A stretch of 64,000 nucleotides of DNA from Euprymna scolopes (lineage: Eukaryota): the NCBI GenBank assembly GCA_053919585.1, contig CM132814.1; one strand, 5' to 3'. Position 1 is the stretch's first letter; each line of letters starts with the position of its first letter. The notes beneath the pieces were generated by a model that saw only the letters and a program-made list of their open reading frames with translations, was not told the DNA's origin and ran no database searches. Below are positions 51,201 to 64,000 of the stretch, piece after piece. The position numbers were made by a program, and so were the translations under genes.

Positions 51201-51795
51201 AATCCATTTACAGATCACATTTTATCTGATCCTAGGATGTCCGTCCACTACTGCTTCAATAAAATCCAAAATCACCTGTTTGGCCTTACAATTTATATGC
51301 CCTCCTCTTCTATAAGGTTGATTTCCCTTACTTATCCAGTGATAAAGGCTGGTTTTCGCAATAGAAAATTTTCCGCTATGGCTTTCTAATTTCAACCCAT
51401 CTCATATACCTCTAAGATACGTGCTTTCGCTCTTCTCCTGTTACAGAACTTTTTAGTTGACCTAACCATTAGCCTTAAAAAGGTAACAAATCAATGCCTT
51501 GTGGCACCAAAGTTATTTATAAATTTAATTTTATTTTTAATTTCTCATCTTGAATTGAAATATTCCTATTTTGAACTGACGAATATCACAATTAAAGATG
51601 TATTTTATTAAACGTATCAAGGAATGCTGAGGCATGGTGTAATTGTTGACGTATTTTTAAGTGTGTGCCCATGTAAGACACGAGTCAAGAAAGAAAGAAA
51701 TGGATAAATTGCCCGAAGTTTGTGAGAATGTAAAATGTTCTGGAAATAAATAATCTGGTATAAAGCTAGGGTTGTAAATATGTATAGTCGCTAGG

Positions 51796-51796
<1 letters not shown>

Positions 51797-51860
<64 letters not shown>

Positions 51861-52597
51861 CTGTCTGTTGCCGCGTGTGTGTGTGTCTGGTCACGAATAG
51901 GCTCCTATATGGTTGACTATCAAGAAATACTGATTACATATAATGATAGAAGATGTATCGAGACACAGGAATTGATATGTTTAATCTGGCAGAGCGGTGG
52001 TTCATTAAAATTGTGGGGTATGCGTTCGCACCTTGTCCACAAAGTATGGAAATAAAAAAATTAAAATTAAAAAAAAAAACGTTTACAAGTGTTTTTGATA
52101 TAGATGTATATGATAATACTTTGATAAGTATGTTTTAATTTAAATAGCGATGGTATAATAAAATCGTGGGATCTGCATTCGCGCATGGCCTCCATAGAAT
52201 GGTAACAGACACACACTTTAATAAATACTTTTTTATATCTATCTGCGTAAGTATACTTTGATAATCATGTTTCAGTTTGAAGAAATATTGTATAATAAAA
52301 TTATGGGTGGTTTTGTTCGCACCGGGCCTCCATAGAATGGAAATATGTCACAAAGTTTAACAAGGTTTTTTAATATACATCCACAGAACAATGTGATACG
52401 TGTTTCAGTGTGAGAAGGTATGGTATAATAAATTATGTGGTTCATCTATTCATATTTTGCTTTGGTTTTAATACGCCCAAATTCGAAGCTATCTTTTTAC
52501 AACCCTTCCATTTCATAACCAACCATACTTTCATAAATCAAAGCCCATTTCCTAGAGGCTATTTTTTAACCCAGTCAACGACGGGTACTGTTGCTAG
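51797..52597 (+). mobile_element. Non-autonomous Helitron-like element
   Basis: A 5' (TA)n-aagctgtctg-(GT)n head, an internal repeat ggcctccatagaatgg (about 52187, 52325) and a 3' hairpin cccagtcaacgacggg followed by CTAG (52594-52597) then T. Confidence 0.7.
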
Positions 52598-52688
<91 letters not shown>

Positions 52689-53299
52689 TAGAATGGTAAA
52701 ATCTGAATTAAAATATGCAATAAAAGATAAGAAAGATACATCTTTCTCTGACTGAGGAAAAATGTTCTTTTTACAGAAGAAAATGTGTGTTTCTTTTTTT
52801 TTCCGAACAAGGAAAATAAACTTTGTTGGTTTAATCAGTTCCTGGTTATATGTTTTTGTGTGTTTGGTAATTTATAGAAGCATCTTATGAAATTGTAACT
52901 GAAAACCATATTCATCTTATTAAATTAGAAAAGGTTTCGGTTATCTCCCTTTCACTGATAAATCGTATCGTTGCTTTAACAGAAATTTTATTTGGCCGGT
53001 AATTTGAGTCTCTAAATTCTTCTTTTTTGCTCGACGACTATATTTTAACGTTGTCGGAAAATTACTACTGGTTGTTTCGTCCTTTTTCATATTCCCATGT
53101 TAGAATCTTTCGTTAACTGCGTTATGGAGAGTGTCGAAATATCATGGCGTAGCGGGATTTGCTTTCCTGAATAGAAACAAATAAATTTCGGATAACAACG
53201 GCCTTAGCTCGGAAATCCCAAAGGAATTTTTCTCCGGATATACAGTAATGGTATCCGAGCTGCATGATTCTTACAGCCAGTCATTTATAAAATCCTCTC

Positions 53300-56200
53300 T
53301 AGATGGAAAGATTCAATATTTGTCCAGATTTGGCGGAAGTTTTACCAGAAGTTAGGGAGAAATTGACGAGTATGAAACTTAAACCTGAAAAGTCTAATTA
53401 TATTGATTCTATAAAAATGTAATCAGAGTGTTCTCAATTCAGTGAGGATCTGTCCTCAAATAAATTTGAAGTTCGTAGTTTCCTTAGAAAATTGGAGTTT
53501 TACACATCTAATTTAGATTATGCGGATAAACTCTTTTTACTAAAATCTAAATTGGCGGTAAAGTCATTCTATCTCATGTCCAATTTTGATCCAAACCCCG
53601 AAAATTACGAGAAGGCTTTGCCTTGTTTGAAGGGGAAATGTTTAAATCCACCCTTTATTATGAACCACATTTTGGAGGAGAGTATTCCTTAATCAGTACA
53701 ATTTTTGCCAATTAAAGACCTCAAAATTCTTCACGAGCGCGTTAATCACAAATTGGCTGAGATGGATGAATCATACATTTAATACAGATTTTTGCTGATA
53801 ATTCTACATCAAGAACTATGGTTTCTCACATTCTGTTCGCTTAATTTCTGAACAGCGTGCGCAGAGAGTTAATGAATACATCTAATGAACGTTTCTCATT
53901 TTTCAATTACGTCGTACTTTTTCGACATTGTGGATATTATGATGGCATCGCCGTTAGTTGTGCCAAGGCGGGAAAATAACCCACCAAGCTATTTGCTTCT
54001 TTACCGGATCCCAAATCTAATATCGAAATGAGTTCTGAGCCTAAATACATTAATTAAAAAAGAGTAGTAGTACTGCTCTCGCTAATAATGGTAAGGTTAC
54101 AAAATTTTGCGAATTATGTAGAATTACTGATCAACCGACTAAATGTTTTCCCCAAAATTGAAATTTGAATCGAAAAGTATAAGACCCAAACAACTCAAAT
54201 GTTGTGTCAGGTGCCAAGGTGAGCACTTTGGGACTGTTTGCAAGGAGATAAAGGGTTTTCATTATCCTTGTGCCGTTTTTGGTTTTAAGTACTTTTTTCT
54301 ATTATGTGTCCCCAAAGACCAAATCATTCTCGAGAGAGGAAAACTTATATAACCTGTATTGAAAATATCAATGAAGGCGAAGGGGTGTCCGGCCTCTTTT
54401 GACTGTCTTTTGGATACGTTAGCCAAACATCCTTCCTATTTTTAGATAATATTTAAGCGTTTATGTTCCGGAAATAAATTAAAACCAGAGGTGAGGAAAT
54501 GTCTCTTTATACACTTGTGGGGACAAATTAATTAAAACTTACGGGTCTGCATGTGTCTCTTTAGTAAGGACATCAATGTCACATTTTTCAGATTTGTTTG
54601 CAAATGATTATAGATTAAATTTACAAGTGGACAAATTTGGTGTCAAAATTGATTAAAGAGGGATTTAATCTTTGTCTTGGATATTCTAAATTGAATGGGT
54701 CTGCAATTCATGGCATAATAGAACTGGATCTTATTCAAGAAATAAATAATGTTCGTTTTATTACATTTTGGGAGGTTCTGCATGGAAATTCACCATTACA
54801 TTCGGCGGCGGGGGTCTACATTTTTGAATTTCACTGCAAAGGTTAAGGAAGAATTACCAGTCTTCGAAAATGTTATTAAAGCACTACGTACGTGCAAGTC
54901 TACGTAATTGATAACGGGTTTAATCCTATAGCTACTAAGATGTATTTCGACCGTTATCCAATTATTCTGCTGTAAAACGTGGAGTGAAAAGGTTTTTATC
55001 TCTGGACCCCATTAGTTTTGAGGAACCTTAAGTTGTCCTCTTTAGATAAAGAAAAAAATGCCTTCAAGAAGGCTATTGTTCTTAGGAACTGCAACTATTA
55101 TACCGTTATATATCGTTATATTGTATCGTATTAGTTATTAGTTATATCGTTCTATATCGTTATATTATATCATGTTAGTTCTTAGGAACTGCAACTGTTT
55201 ATATATTATAAAGCCATGAGGCTTTAAACACTTCCTAAGTAAGATTCCGATTATTCGGACTCACTGAATAATGTAGAAAGTTGCCCAGTCCTTAGGGAGT
55301 AAGAGGTTGTATGATGATCATATGCAAGTCTTCAAGAAGTATAAAGACTGCGGGATTAGTGAATCCTTATTAGTTCTACATGGAACATATGAGAATTATT
55401 GATGGCTTCCCCACACCTGTGATTAAAGAAGACCAGGGTGTAAACTTAAAGTCGCAATTGATAGCTATTTTACTAGCTTTAAGGGAACACAAATATGTTC
55501 TTCTGGGTGATTTACGTAAACATTGTTACAGATCCGAGATAACAATATCTGTTTTATCTTTTTTAAGGTGGACAGTAAATTCTACACCTATAGATTTAAT
55601 ACAGTTATATTTGACCTTAATGCCAGTCTATTTATACTAAGTTTGTACTGAAGTTACATGTTGAAACAATTAGGCTACGATTTCCAAAAACTGCGATGTT
55701 GAAAATTTAGTCACTACTGGAAGGGACAGTGATTCTATTAATTTCAGTTTATAGCAATGTCCGTGACAGGTTAAAGAAGACAGGTGTTGATCTTCAATCC
55801 TGTAATTCCAATTGCATAGTTGGAAGGTTGTACTATTAGATATCCGTACCGCACCTATGAAAAGGTGATGGGGTATCAATATTCCTATCAACGGGATTCC
55901 TTTAAAATAATTTACGCAGTAATACACGACAATGTCAATACAAAACGGGGGATAGTGTCTCAAGTATTGAGTGTTTACGATGCGTTATAATTACTTCTTC
56001 ATGTCAATGTTTTGGGGAAGATAATTAGTATTCAATTAGGGAAAACACTTATCTTGGTACCAGCCAATCCCTAAAGATTGTATTACCTCGTTGCAAGTAC
56101 ACGCACAGGGGGTGAATAATATATGGGACATTGATTTTCCTAGATGTGTATTTCTGGAAGACGCCTAAACTGAAATCATTTGTTTCTGCGATGCATCTAA

Positions 56201-58200
56201 GCATGCTTACGGATTGTCTTTATATGCCAAACTGTGGTCTCGATGTTCCTTGATATTCACCAAAGGTAATGTGTCTCCCATGAAAGGGAAATCACTCCCT
56301 ATATTGGATTTGATAGTTATATATCTCACCCTTAAAGTTATTCCTCAAGTTTTGGAGGATAAATGCCTTTCAATATCAAATCCTTTTCCTTATGCCTGAT
56401 GCACAAGTAGCCCTGTTGTGAGTTTTAAACGGATATATTAAAAAAAACGAATATTTTTGTGGAAACTCGTATATGAGATATAAAAAAATCTATTGAGAAG
56501 CTTAGCCTTAAAAATGGAGAAAACCCTAAAGTCAAATATGTTTCTGCACCAGACAACCCAGCGGATATTTTAACCAGAGGCATTACAACCTCTAGATTAT
56601 AACAATTGTTCGAATTTGGGTCTGTGGATCAGATGCGTATACTCTAGTTTCTATCAGCTTACCCATATCTCTCTTCCCCTGTCTTAACGGCAATAACTAA
56701 TATACTCTGGCATGTACCTTCTGGGATGAAGCTTAATTAAAGGAGAAGCGTTTACCAATAAAAATGACTGATTTATCTGCCTTACCTAAGGCGATTAATG
56801 TCTTGGATAAAGTTTTAATATTCGGTGACAAATTACGACATCGAGTGCTGACACCTTTAAAAGAGTATATTGTTGTTTCTCTCTAATATACATAACGAAG
56901 CTTTTCCATGGGAATTGGTTTATTTAAAGCAACCTTCGAAAGAGGTTGCAACATCATAGGTTACAACCCTTGGCTTATTTCTAGATAAGGATAGACTAAT
57001 GCGAACCCAGGGACGCATTCAGAACTCCGATTTTCATGTAAAAGTTTTATACTGTTAGGAAAAAAGTAACTTGACCAAGATGGGCATTAATTGCCGTCAT
57101 ATAGGAATAAACTCTACCCTTAGCAAATTACGGTTATCCAAGGGAGAGACAAGCGGTGAAATCCATTCTCCGCACGTTTATGATATGTGAGAGAATTAAT
57201 TAGTCTTCATGCAAGACCCCCTTCAGGTCTTAAATGCCCTCTCAAAGGGAAAGTTTTGTCCAAACGTCCAAATATGTGGGTGTAGATATTACTGGACATT
57301 TGTTTGTCAAAAATATTAATAAGGACGTCAAAATATACGTCTACTGTTTACTGGTATGAGCTTGCGTGCTATATGTCTTAAATTACTGCCAGGCATAAGA
57401 ACATGCTTTTCTTTATTAGCCTTTGTTAGTTTCACTAACTTATTTGGTGTACCAATTCTTGTGTATTCCGATAATGCTAAATCATTCTTGGTGTCATATA
57501 TTGTATTTTCAGACATATTTGTTCCTGACAAATTAAAAAAAAATATTTCAAATCAAATACTATTGTTCATTATAATATTCCCCTGTACTCTGCTTGGTAT
57601 TGTGGAACATAGGAAAGATCGATTAAAACTGTTAAACAGTGTCTCTCAAAGTTGTTGGGTAGGAGGAAAGGAGGTTATTTTGATTTCCTAGTCGTCCTTT
57701 CGGACGTCAAATGACAAAAATTATAGGCCACTAACAGTTATTTACGCTTCAGATATTAGCCTTGATATTTTTACCCCCAACTGTTTTTTAACGACGGGAT
57801 ATCACCCTCGCTTGCTTAACAATAATTACAGTTCTAAGTATATTTCTCCCGAACATCTTAATAGAAATACAATCTTGCATTTCCTTGAAAGGATGGATGA
57901 ATTCGTCAGTAAATTTAGACGTATTTGGCACAATGACTATTTACTGTGAATTAAAGAATAGACGTCAACATTAAAGATGGCGCCCCCCTCAAATGTGTCG
58001 GAGAGCGAAATCGTTCTCATCAAATCACCAAATAAGCCGCGACTGTTCTGAGGTTTTGGCAATCAATTAAATTATTGGTCCGTAACGACCATACGGTGCG
58101 GTCGGTCTCGGTTTTGAAGGAAAGGTGTGCTCAATTAAAAAATATTATCCTTTAGATGTAAAAAATATTTAAAAAAAAAAATATATTATCCCCGAGATGT
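53300..58200 (+). mobile_element. BEL/Pao LTR retrotransposon remnant
   Basis: QGVNLKSQLIAILLALRE...LGDLRK (RT), CFCDASKHAYG (RNase H), YVSAPDNPADILTRG, VGVDITGHLFVK and GVPILVYSDNAKSF (integrase). LTRs were not confidently matched. Confidence 0.85.
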
Positions 58201-58599
58201 AAAACATAATTCTGAATATGTAGTAGCAGAATTTACGGGAGAATGAGGTTTCTACTTTTGTCCTACATGTTCGATCGCCAATGCATTAATTGGAATCATC
58301 TCAGTTGTGTTGGAATTTACAAGCGGGATAACATATGTGAGTTGATTTGCCGGATTTGCACGTACAAAATTGAAAATTAGTTATTGTATTCAATTATCAG
58401 GGTCATCGACTCAAGTTAAACAACTTTTCTTAATTATTGATAATTTACCTAGTAATACTAGAATTAATGGTTATATTTTTTTAATTTTTGCAACAGACAG
58501 ACACATAGTGAATTAATTACTAGGTGTTTATGTTAAGTCCTTCGGGGAAAAATTATTTCACTTATTGACAGTTTTTTTTAACAGTAAATCATTATCTTA

Positions 58600-59375
58600 T
58601 TTTAAAAATGTAACGATTTTCCATAACTTTTTTCTTTCTTTCCTTGCCAGGGTGTGAGAAGTGCTGCAGAAATAAGCAGGTTCTTCATTGGTCGGTTTGT
58701 CCAGGCAACATTTTGTGGGGACCATTCATATTGCTGAGGATTCGCTTGGCGCGAAATGTATCCTTTAATATCACTAGATTCGATACAAACAGGCTTTGGA
58801 ATGGACGATCGAATTCTCACTGAAGGCATGTAGAATCAAATCACTTTGTCTTTATTGTGGGCAAAATGAAATTATTATTTACAAACACCAATCTCCTTAT
58901 GGTAGGCGAATTACTTTATAATCGCACGCTGTTGTGGCCTCTATATAACCTGACTTTAATTATCACACTATATTTTCTGTCAGTGACATAAATAAATGTC
59001 TATAGGTTGACATGTCATTTGCCCGCTATTTAAACACTTATCTACAATCTACTCCTCGAGGCTACCCGACTTGCTGTAACCGTCCTAGAAGATATCACTT
59101 AACTCTTCAAACTGTGCAAAGTTCTTCGACGGCAAATCTATCGAGGATGAACAATTACCCCTTTGGGGTGTTACCAACTCATTACGGCAGATAGTTGAAG
59201 TTGGCGCATCTTTTGCACCTTTGATCTTTTTGATGTAAGACAATTAACCTTGAAGATGAGCCTGTAGGCATTATTTCGTTCATTCTGCCAGGGCAAAACC
59301 TATGTGTTGAAATTCATTAGAGTGTGCGTTATCATGATTTTCCCGAGTTTTTGATCAAGATGACCCAGTTCTTCT
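58600..59375 (+). mobile_element. Possible CR1-like LINE 3' remnant
   Basis: Weak motif remnants (LQTVQ, and *NSL resembling WNSL) ending in a trinucleotide tail. Confidence 0.3.
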
Positions 59376-59376
59376 T

Positions 59377-59413
59377 TACTACTACTACTATTATTATTAT
59401 TATTATTATTATT

Positions 59414-59446
<33 letters not shown>

Positions 59447-59461
59447 ATTATTATTATTATT
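59377..59461. repeat. Compound trinucleotide microsatellite (TAC)n(TAT)n(TGT)n(TAT)n
   Basis: Direct reading of the sequence. Confidence 0.95.
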
Positions 59462-61299
59462 TAAGGAATGTACGTGTTATAAACTGGGAAAGTGAAAGTA
59501 AGTGTTTCGATATACAAAATGGAAAGATTGAAAGAGAAACAATTACTAATTAATATTGTTACGGTACACTTTGGAAAATACTCCGTATGTTACTGCGATA
59601 TATTCCGGACGGTAATTTAAATAAGGGTATATACTGGAAATGCGATTCACATAATTAAATAAAATAGAGTGTATCGGACATGAAATGCACGATAATTATG
59701 ACACGTAAGATCGTTTGCGTGATCAATACACGTACTGTAACATTGCTCAGTTTATTTTGTGTGCTCGTTCAGCACTTCGTGTCGAGGTGCAGCGCGCTTT
59801 GCAAAAAAAAAAAAAATAATAACAGAATCCTCTGCGAAAACCCTGCCATTACCCACCACCTCAGACTCTTAACATTTTCGGCGCCGGATAATTCTCTATT
59901 TCTTGTTCATTGACCTTTACAGTAGTGATACTCACATGAATGGTTACATGCCGTAAATATGTAAGTATTTCATCTTTACGGGGCAGAATTATGTCTTAAC
60001 CAAGTTTATAGTAAGCTTTGTCTTCCTTAAACTCTAAAATACTTTCTGACTCGTTTCGATATGTTCTGCTGATGAGTCGTTGTATATTACTCTGTCATTC
60101 AAATATGCATCAACATTCGCCGTTCCAGCAAAACACGCGTTCATTTGCTTCACAGATGTTGCTTGTGAGTTTCGCATCCAACAGGCATTATCCTATAATT
60201 TGCTACTACTGGTTAATCTGTCTGTTTGACACTGAGTCATCGTAGTAGATGCAGCATTTATTGCAAGTCACTAGAGCACCAAAACTGTAGAATCTGAATT
60301 GCGCAGTTCGAGCCCCTTTCTTCTGTTATAGTAACATATTTCTTTTTGTTCTTCTCTGAAAAAAAAAAAACTGAGAAAATCTCCAAGCAAATTTTCCGTA
60401 TCTTCAATCCGTCGCCAATACTTGTGTGTACAGCCCCACACTAACATCAAACGCTAAACTATGTTTCTATAATCACAGGACGGTTTTTATCTATGTGATT
60501 TTTTATTTGTTCAATCTACCCCTGTGCTCTGACACTCTTACTCTTCTTACACATCTCTCGTTTCTTGAACTCCTTATCAAATTCAAAAACTGATGTGTCG
60601 GTCAGGGCTAATTGTCCAAATAGAGTTTGAAACAATCCATGCGTTTATTTTCGTACTTTTCCTAGTTTAAAACATAATTCGGTTGCATATATTTTTCTAA
60701 AATGCCCAAATAACACTTTTGAAATCCAAAATTGTGACGATCAGGCTTTTGTAGGATGTATTCTTTTTTCTGTTGCAGCTGTTTATTTGAACGTGGAATC
60801 TAAACATTGCTCAATGGACTTATACGACGTATCGCATTAATACACTGAATTTTCAAACGTTTACGACAATTTTTTGTGCATGTACAGGAAGATCTGGAAA
60901 ATTATTAGAGCCACCTATTTTATTTTTACTTGAAATACGAAACTATGAGTTATTGTAGAAATTTAAAGTTTGGTACATGTTACTATTATTGTATGTCATC
61001 CTAGTAATCATATGTATTTTAACTACGAAGGCCACGCGGCGTTGTTCGGGACCGTATAAGACAATGAGAAAAAAAATGTCAACATACCTGTTATTAATAG
61101 AATAGAGGGTGTTTGTTTATGTTTATGTATCATTTGGAATCGCGAGCAAAATAATATATTACCTAACCTAGGTCGGACATTACACAACATATATATGGAA
61201 TAATTGTACCTTCATTGGACAGAAAATTTACAGCACGTATTTGGAAAAAGATTTCATTACCTAGGGTGGGTTATGTATAACACACATTTAAATTTTTTG

Positions 61300-62380
61300 C
61301 CATAAATTTCTGTTGTGCTACATTTTCGGTATATCACAGGTAAGAGTGTGTGTTTTTACATCAGAGTGCTATAGTGGAACAGCACCGTTTTTTTTGTATG
61401 GATGTTATACTAGTCGAATGTACTACATGATTTTCAATTTTGATATCTAATGTAAGTCACAGATAAGAATTTCTTAGTTTTTTTATATGAGTGCTTTACT
61501 GTATGTATGTATGTATTTTCCTGGATAAGATACTGTAGAATTACCATTTTTTTCTATTTGAAACATGTAAAAACTCGATACTTTTAGTCATTTTCTGGTG
61601 TGCAAACTTTTCTGTGCATTTTGAGTAAGAATTTGTTTGTTTTTTATATATTGTTATAGTGAAGAAGCACTGTATTTATCATTTAAAAGTCATGCTATTC
61701 GAATATATAAAGAGATTTCCGGTTTTAATGACTTTTATGCACGTCAAAAGTATGATTTATTTGTTTTCCATATGAGTACTATAATACACAAGCACCTCAT
61801 TTCTTGAATAGTATAATGTTCAAGTACCATATATAAAATATGCAGATGAAACCACTCGATGACTATACATAATTTTCTGTTGTGCGAAGTTTTCCGTATG
61901 TCAGAGGTGAGAGTTAGTTTCTTATAATAGAATGCTATAATAAAGAAGCACGCTATTTCTAATATAAATGTCATACTACTCGAATGTATTATATAATTCT
62001 AAGTTTGAAATACGTTTATGTACACAATGGGCAAGATTCCCTTTGTTTTCAGATCGGTACTATACATACAAGTACCTTGTTTATCGGTTAGGATATTGTA
62101 CAAATAGTGTTTTTCTAATTTAAAAATTTAAGAACTCGATACGTTTATGTAATTTTCTGTTGTGTTATATTTTCTGTACGCCAGGGGTAAGAATTTGTTT
62201 ATTTTGTTATCTGGGTTCAATAGTGAAGACGCACCTTATTTCTCATATGTAAGTCATAATCACCGGGATTGTCGGAGTGAAAACATTTCATGTATGTCAC
62301 ATGTAAGATTTTCTTTGTTTTTTCAAGATTACTATACTACACAAGCACCTTATTATTTGATATAATTTCTTGTACACATT
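61300..62380. repeat. Diverged tandem repeat, about 280-bp period
   Basis: tttctgttgtg...g(t)aaga...atagtg(a)ag(a)agcac recurs at about 61307, 61608, 61873 and 62153. Confidence 0.6.
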
Positions 62381-62459
62381 AATACATAAAAAAGTGTATG
62401 CACTTTTGGAATATGACTATACAAATATACAAACATATATAATATATTAAATATAAAAT

Positions 62460-63233
62460 TATAAGTTATTAGTGCAGGAGTGACTCCAATACATACAAAT
62501 ATATGAGTATATATGTATACTAACCATTCATAATGTTCGGTTTATTAGTTTTGGTGTGAATCCATATAAATATATAAGCATATAAACAATTATAATGCAC
62601 AATGATCGATTAATTATTCTAGGAGTGAATCACATTCATGCACATATCTACACATAAACACATCATTAAACTTCATAATGATCGCTTATTTAGTTTAGGA
62701 GTGGATCCAATACACACAAATATACAATCATATACAAAAAAGATAAAATTAATAATGATCGGTTGATTAGTTTAGGAGTGATTCTAATACATAGAAATAT
62801 ATAAGCACATACGTATAATTAAAAGTCATAATGATCGGTTAATTAGTTTAGGAGTGAATCCAATAATACAAATATGTAACTATATACACATAATTAAAAT
62901 TCATGAATATCGGTAAATTATTTTAAGAGTGGATCCAATATAAACGTATACACATAATTACAATTAATAATGATCGGTTAATTCCTTAAGTGGTGATTTT
63001 AATACATAAGATATATAAATATATACACATAATTAAAAAAATCAAAATGATCGGTTAATTAGTTTAGGAGTGAACCAATACATAAAAATATATACATATA
63101 TGCACAAAATTAAAATTCATAATGATCGTTTAATTAGTTTATGGATGATTCCAATACACACAAATATATAAACATATACACATGATTGAATGTAATAAGG
63201 ATCGGTTAATTTGGTTAGAGGTGATTTCAACAC

Positions 63234-63307
<74 letters not shown>

Positions 63308-63340
63308 ACATTTTATAATGGTCGGTTTATTAGTTTAGAA
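62460..63340. repeat. Tandem repeat, about 75-bp unit (aatgatcggttaattagtttaggagtgaatccaatac...)
   Basis: About 11 copies, e.g. 62601, 62677, 62754, 62830, 63046 and 63121. Confidence 0.9.
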
Positions 63341-63540
63341 ATTACAAATGTCATTACTTGATCTATTTACGTGATTTTTGGAATGTAACAAATAAAACGA
63401 TATATCATATGTATTTGAATATGACATTTTAGTTACGTAAAGGAAAAACATTCGTCGATTGTTTTGTTAGTAAAAGTCTTATTGTGTATTCAATATATAA
63501 CATTTAAAAAATCAAGAAAATCGGAATGTAAACAAAGAAG

Positions 63541-63609
63541 AACTGATGCGATCGAAACCGGAACACTTGTGCTAGTAATCGGTCACGTTAGCCATTGCAC
63601 CAAAGAGAC
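63541..63609 (-). pseudogene. tRNA-derived (SINE-head-like) remnant
   Basis: The minus strand reads GTCTCTT-TGGTGCAATGG-CTAACG...GGTTTCGATCGC, with an A box, a degenerate B box and a tRNA-Asn-like 5' end. The cloverleaf is broken. Confidence 0.5.
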
Positions 63610-64000
63610 AATCGCCTTCAAGTCGTTGTGAAATATCTTAATATATACATTTCACTTTTACTCGAGACAACGCATGCGCATATTGCCGCCATTATACTCC
63701 GCTATTTAAGGCATTCAACTGTGAACCCTTTTTAAAGCTCTTAGCAATCATGTTCATCGATTAAATGCCCCTAATAAAATTCTGCACTAAAAATGAAATC
63801 GTTTGAGCTATTTCACGTATTCCAACGATTATCCGTCTAGGTGAAGAAACGATTTGAAAAACGGAAACAGACAGACACACACACACACACACGCACACAC
63901 ACACAGATAGTGTGAGATTTATATATTAGACTAGAATTTTGAACATGCCTTATATATTTTCTGTTATGCGAACTTTACCGCATGCCAGAGGTGAAAGTAT

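Larger units (their letters stand above)
61021..63930 (-). mobile_element. Helitron-like non-autonomous element carrying internal tandem repeats
   Basis: The minus-strand 5' end reads TCTAATATATAAATC-(TG)n-TCTGTCTG at 63930. A degenerate 3' hairpin-like end lies at about 61021-61050, so the left boundary is uncertain. Confidence 0.45.

Noticed and set aside
50400-51500. Possible decayed LINE fragment
   Set aside because: No recognisable motif could be read with confidence.
52740-58500. LTR pair for the BEL/Pao remnant (tgagg at about 52752 and 58244)
   Set aside because: The two regions could not be aligned convincingly by eye.

Overview
AT-rich, (TA)n-rich eukaryotic DNA with three assembly gaps (13212-13451, 13774-14132, 19180-19318). 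It is probably from a protostome invertebrate, inferred from the GPCR exon and the TE families; the species is not identifiable here. The window is mostly decayed transposons: a Tx1/L1-like LINE, Penelope-like elements, RTE LINEs, CR1/Jockey-group LINEs, a two-LTR Mag-like Gypsy, two head-to-head LTR elements, a BEL/Pao remnant, Helitron remnants and palindromic MITEs. The only candidate host coding sequence is a first coding exon of a class A neuropeptide GPCR resembling the trissin receptor (26735-26893). The standout is a nearly homogeneous tandem array of exact 322-bp units at 14133-15470. Each unit carries a tRNA-Asp/Glu-derived Pol III head followed by a complete type I hammerhead ribozyme and a T4 tract. 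This is a retrozyme/SM-alpha-like self-cleaving RNA element that the ORF track does not show.
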